This document shows positions 61,450 to 64,000 of a stretch of DNA of 64,000 nt, in pieces (position 1 is the stretch's first letter; each line of letters opens with the position of its first letter). Where the stretch lies: NCBI GenBank assembly GCA_036172245.1, contig JAYWIR010000020.1, forward strand, positions 930,001 through 994,000, given 5' to 3'. A model generated the notes under the pieces. It worked only from the letters and a program-made list of their open reading frames with translations, was not told the origin of the DNA and made no database searches. This stretch comes from Raillietiella orientalis. Taxonomy: Eukaryota. The position numbers were made by a program, and so were the translations under genes.

Positions 61450-63900
61450 ATTCTAGAATTCAAAGAATTCCGTTCTCCAGTTCAGATGGAGTCAAGAGGA
61501 GTCGAAGTCTGCTGCTGCTGCCAGTTTTCGTTCCGTGCTTTGCTATATTGAAAGGCCAAGAATCCGTGGGAAAGAACTCTTTAACCGTTTCGACCGACTG
61601 CCTTCGAAAAGAACCAGCGAACATGCGAACGTCAACCTCAGCAATCTGCGTACATGATTTCATCCGTCTTTTCACTTCACTGGAACATCTAATTCTATTT
61701 CTCGTGGCTGAGTGCTGATTGCATGGCCTGAATTCTCGCCTTTGCTTCCGGAGCTGCACTTTGGGCAAAAATGGTATTTATTGTGTGCGCTCTCGATGGA
61801 ACATACGTTTCTCTTTTTTTCAACCTCATTCATGATCTTCATCGGATGTACAAGCCTGCACATTTCTGTCTTTTCCCAGTTTGTATTATCAATTTTAGTA
61901 CGTGTGCAGCCTAAGAGCTTCTCCTATCAAGATAGGGTGGAAGGTCCACGAAATATGCCCAGCGAATAAGCACGACCTTCCTCCTGCTCTTATCCTTGCT
62001 AACAGGACTTATCTAGTCCGTTGTTGATTCCGCTGTACATTTGAAAAGATCTCGAAAGATGGGAGATTACTTCTGCTAGATTTCTGTTAGATATCTATCA
62101 CCATTTTATTACAAGCAATAAGCATGTTTAACAGAACATTTGCTAGAGGGAATACTGCAATGAATCCCTGTATTACAAAGCAGTATGGTAGATTCCACTC
62201 CTCTTCCCCTCTTAAACCCCAAGGTGTTACTGATTGTAATGCGAGAGCTTGAGGAATCTGCACTTTTTGGGTATTCCTTCTTAAGAAGAACAAAGTAATT
62301 CACTGAGTTGATAAACTTGAGCAAAGTAATAGTCTGTCTGCCACAATGGAAAAATCTGCCGAAACAAGAAGTAGACTTTTCCGATGCTCAGTGAAGGTTC
62401 CTTGCTTTGGAATTATCAATGCTATGTTTCAGATGATTGCATCTTTGCGACATTTGGATTCATCTCAGCCCGTCGAAGGCTGTCTCATTCTTGGGAGCTG
62501 AGAAAGTCAATTAAAGATGTTTATAAGGACCTTACGAAGATCTCAACAGCTCGAGGTTTAACGGCATCTTCATATTACTGAACTTTATGAGGTCCCAAGC
62601 ACTTTCTCTAAAGCTCTAAGTTTTAATGGCAGTTAGAAACCGTTCTGTCTCTTAATACTCTGCCAAACCTCGAAGTGGGCTATTTTTGAGGATTTTACGC
62701 TCATTAGGTTTGTTTACAAACTATATCTTTCAGATGAAGATTTCTAATAATAATTCTGTTCAATTGTACTTGAGTTGCTCTTTTTTTGGATGCCTTTGAG
62801 TTGCTCTCTTTTTCCTTTTGCTGGTGTATGTCGACACACATACTAGGATCTGTTTTATGTGATTTTGTCTCTTTGTATGTAAGAAAGTTACTGCTTTTAC
62901 AAGAATAAAAAAAGCTGACTTCACTTAGCTGGAAAAAGAGATATTTCAGTTTTTTGGTTTGTCCAATAGAGATACAGACAAATGAGGGTAATTAGAAAGA
63001 AATGTTCTAGTAACTTCGATTTCCGAAATGTGCTTCTTCGCTCTCTTAAACCTTCATCTCTGAAGGAGGCATCCCTGATTTCATCTCAGATTCACAGATT
63101 TGCATAGAGAGGAAACATGAAAATAGTTAGTACATATGTTGCCATTTTTAAAGAGGATCGTGATAAAAGACATTTTGCCCCTTAATTCGGAATTTGATTT
63201 ATTGTAAATTCCTTCATCTCTGGAACCTTCCCAACGGGTGCGTTGTCTTCTCATTGCATCGTATTTCATCTTGCAATGTTTTCCTGTCAACTGATTTTAG
63301 AAGGAGAAAAATTTTAGAAAGCACTTTTTGAAATGGGTGCAACTAGGAATTTCAGCTTGATTTGAAGTGATATTTTATCTTTTTATTCAACATTGCTATT
63401 CTTGCTTGGTTCTCACCTTGTTTTGGTGGTCTTGTTATCATTTTGAAACGCATTCTTGCTTATGGATTCTGGACTCACCATGAAGATACGGATTTTCGCC
63501 AAAAAAAAAAAAAAAACACATTTGCAAAAAACAGGTAGTGCTGTTTTGATCGTGGAAATGAAGCTTTGTATTTTTGAAATCCAATGAATTCAAACACATG
63601 CAGCTTTGATGTTCTTCGACAGGAAGACTTCGAGTCACACCGCCATGTCACATTAGGATGCCAATGGAAACGGTCAATTTCATCACCATCAGGGATTAGT
63701 GAGATAAACTTCCGCAAACTCTTGTAATACTTCGAGATTTTGCCAGATTCCTCACGAATGATTCTCAGCTGCAGGGACCGAGTGTATATCCTGAACCGGG
63801 CACATCCTTGAATTTGAAAATTTGATTTGAAAATTTCCTCTAGTTGGATTCGTGTGTGTTCTCCTAAATGTTTCATTAGCTTTCACACGACTATCAATAA
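61450..63900 (-). mobile_element. Tyrosine recombinase remnant B (DIRS-like), probably carrying an internal insertion
   Basis: KYYKSLRKFISLIPDGDEIDRFHWHPNV (~63650-63740, cf. DG..+G.HP.V), TLFFLRRNTQKVQIPQAL (~62245-62297, cf. LL.L.+.QR.Q.+..L) and MKSCTQIAEVDVRMFAGSFRR...NIAKHG (~61530-61665, cf. AG+D...F.AHS.R). Confidence 0.5.
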
Positions 63901-64000
63901 TAGTCAAAGACTTCGTTCTCAGTTTCCATCCCTTCGTTGCATTCCAGGATCAGAAACTTTTGCAGAACTTTATTCAGAAAGATAATTTTGGGTTATATTT

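Overview
Eukaryotic, probably invertebrate, non-genic DNA that reads as a graveyard of decayed transposable elements. I found no intact protein-coding gene, and almost all of the ORF track is chance or antisense. By eye I recognise: (i) four diverged copies of a ~0.5-0.8 kb non-coding SINE-like family with a tRNA(Ser/Leu)-like head, up to three B-box-like motifs and a body made of a ~40-bp tandem array of CC-GNA-GG mini-hairpins, which is the most unusual object here; (ii) about seven remnants of tyrosine-recombinase (DIRS-like) retrotransposons, two of which keep the RT-RNaseH-MT-YR order; (iii) about six 5'-truncated L1/Tx1-like LINE fragments, four sharing a 3' UTR; (iv) weaker remnants of Ty3/Gypsy, hAT, piggyBac and possibly ISL2EU/Harbinger elements; (v) a disabled PDZ-domain gene fragment; (vi) two near-perfect hairpins, a 98-bp near-identical repeat shared by two otherwise unalignable YR remnants, and a Penelope-type hammerhead-like motif. 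TE calls rest on short motifs recognised across frameshifts and stops, so boundaries are approximate and need HMM confirmation.
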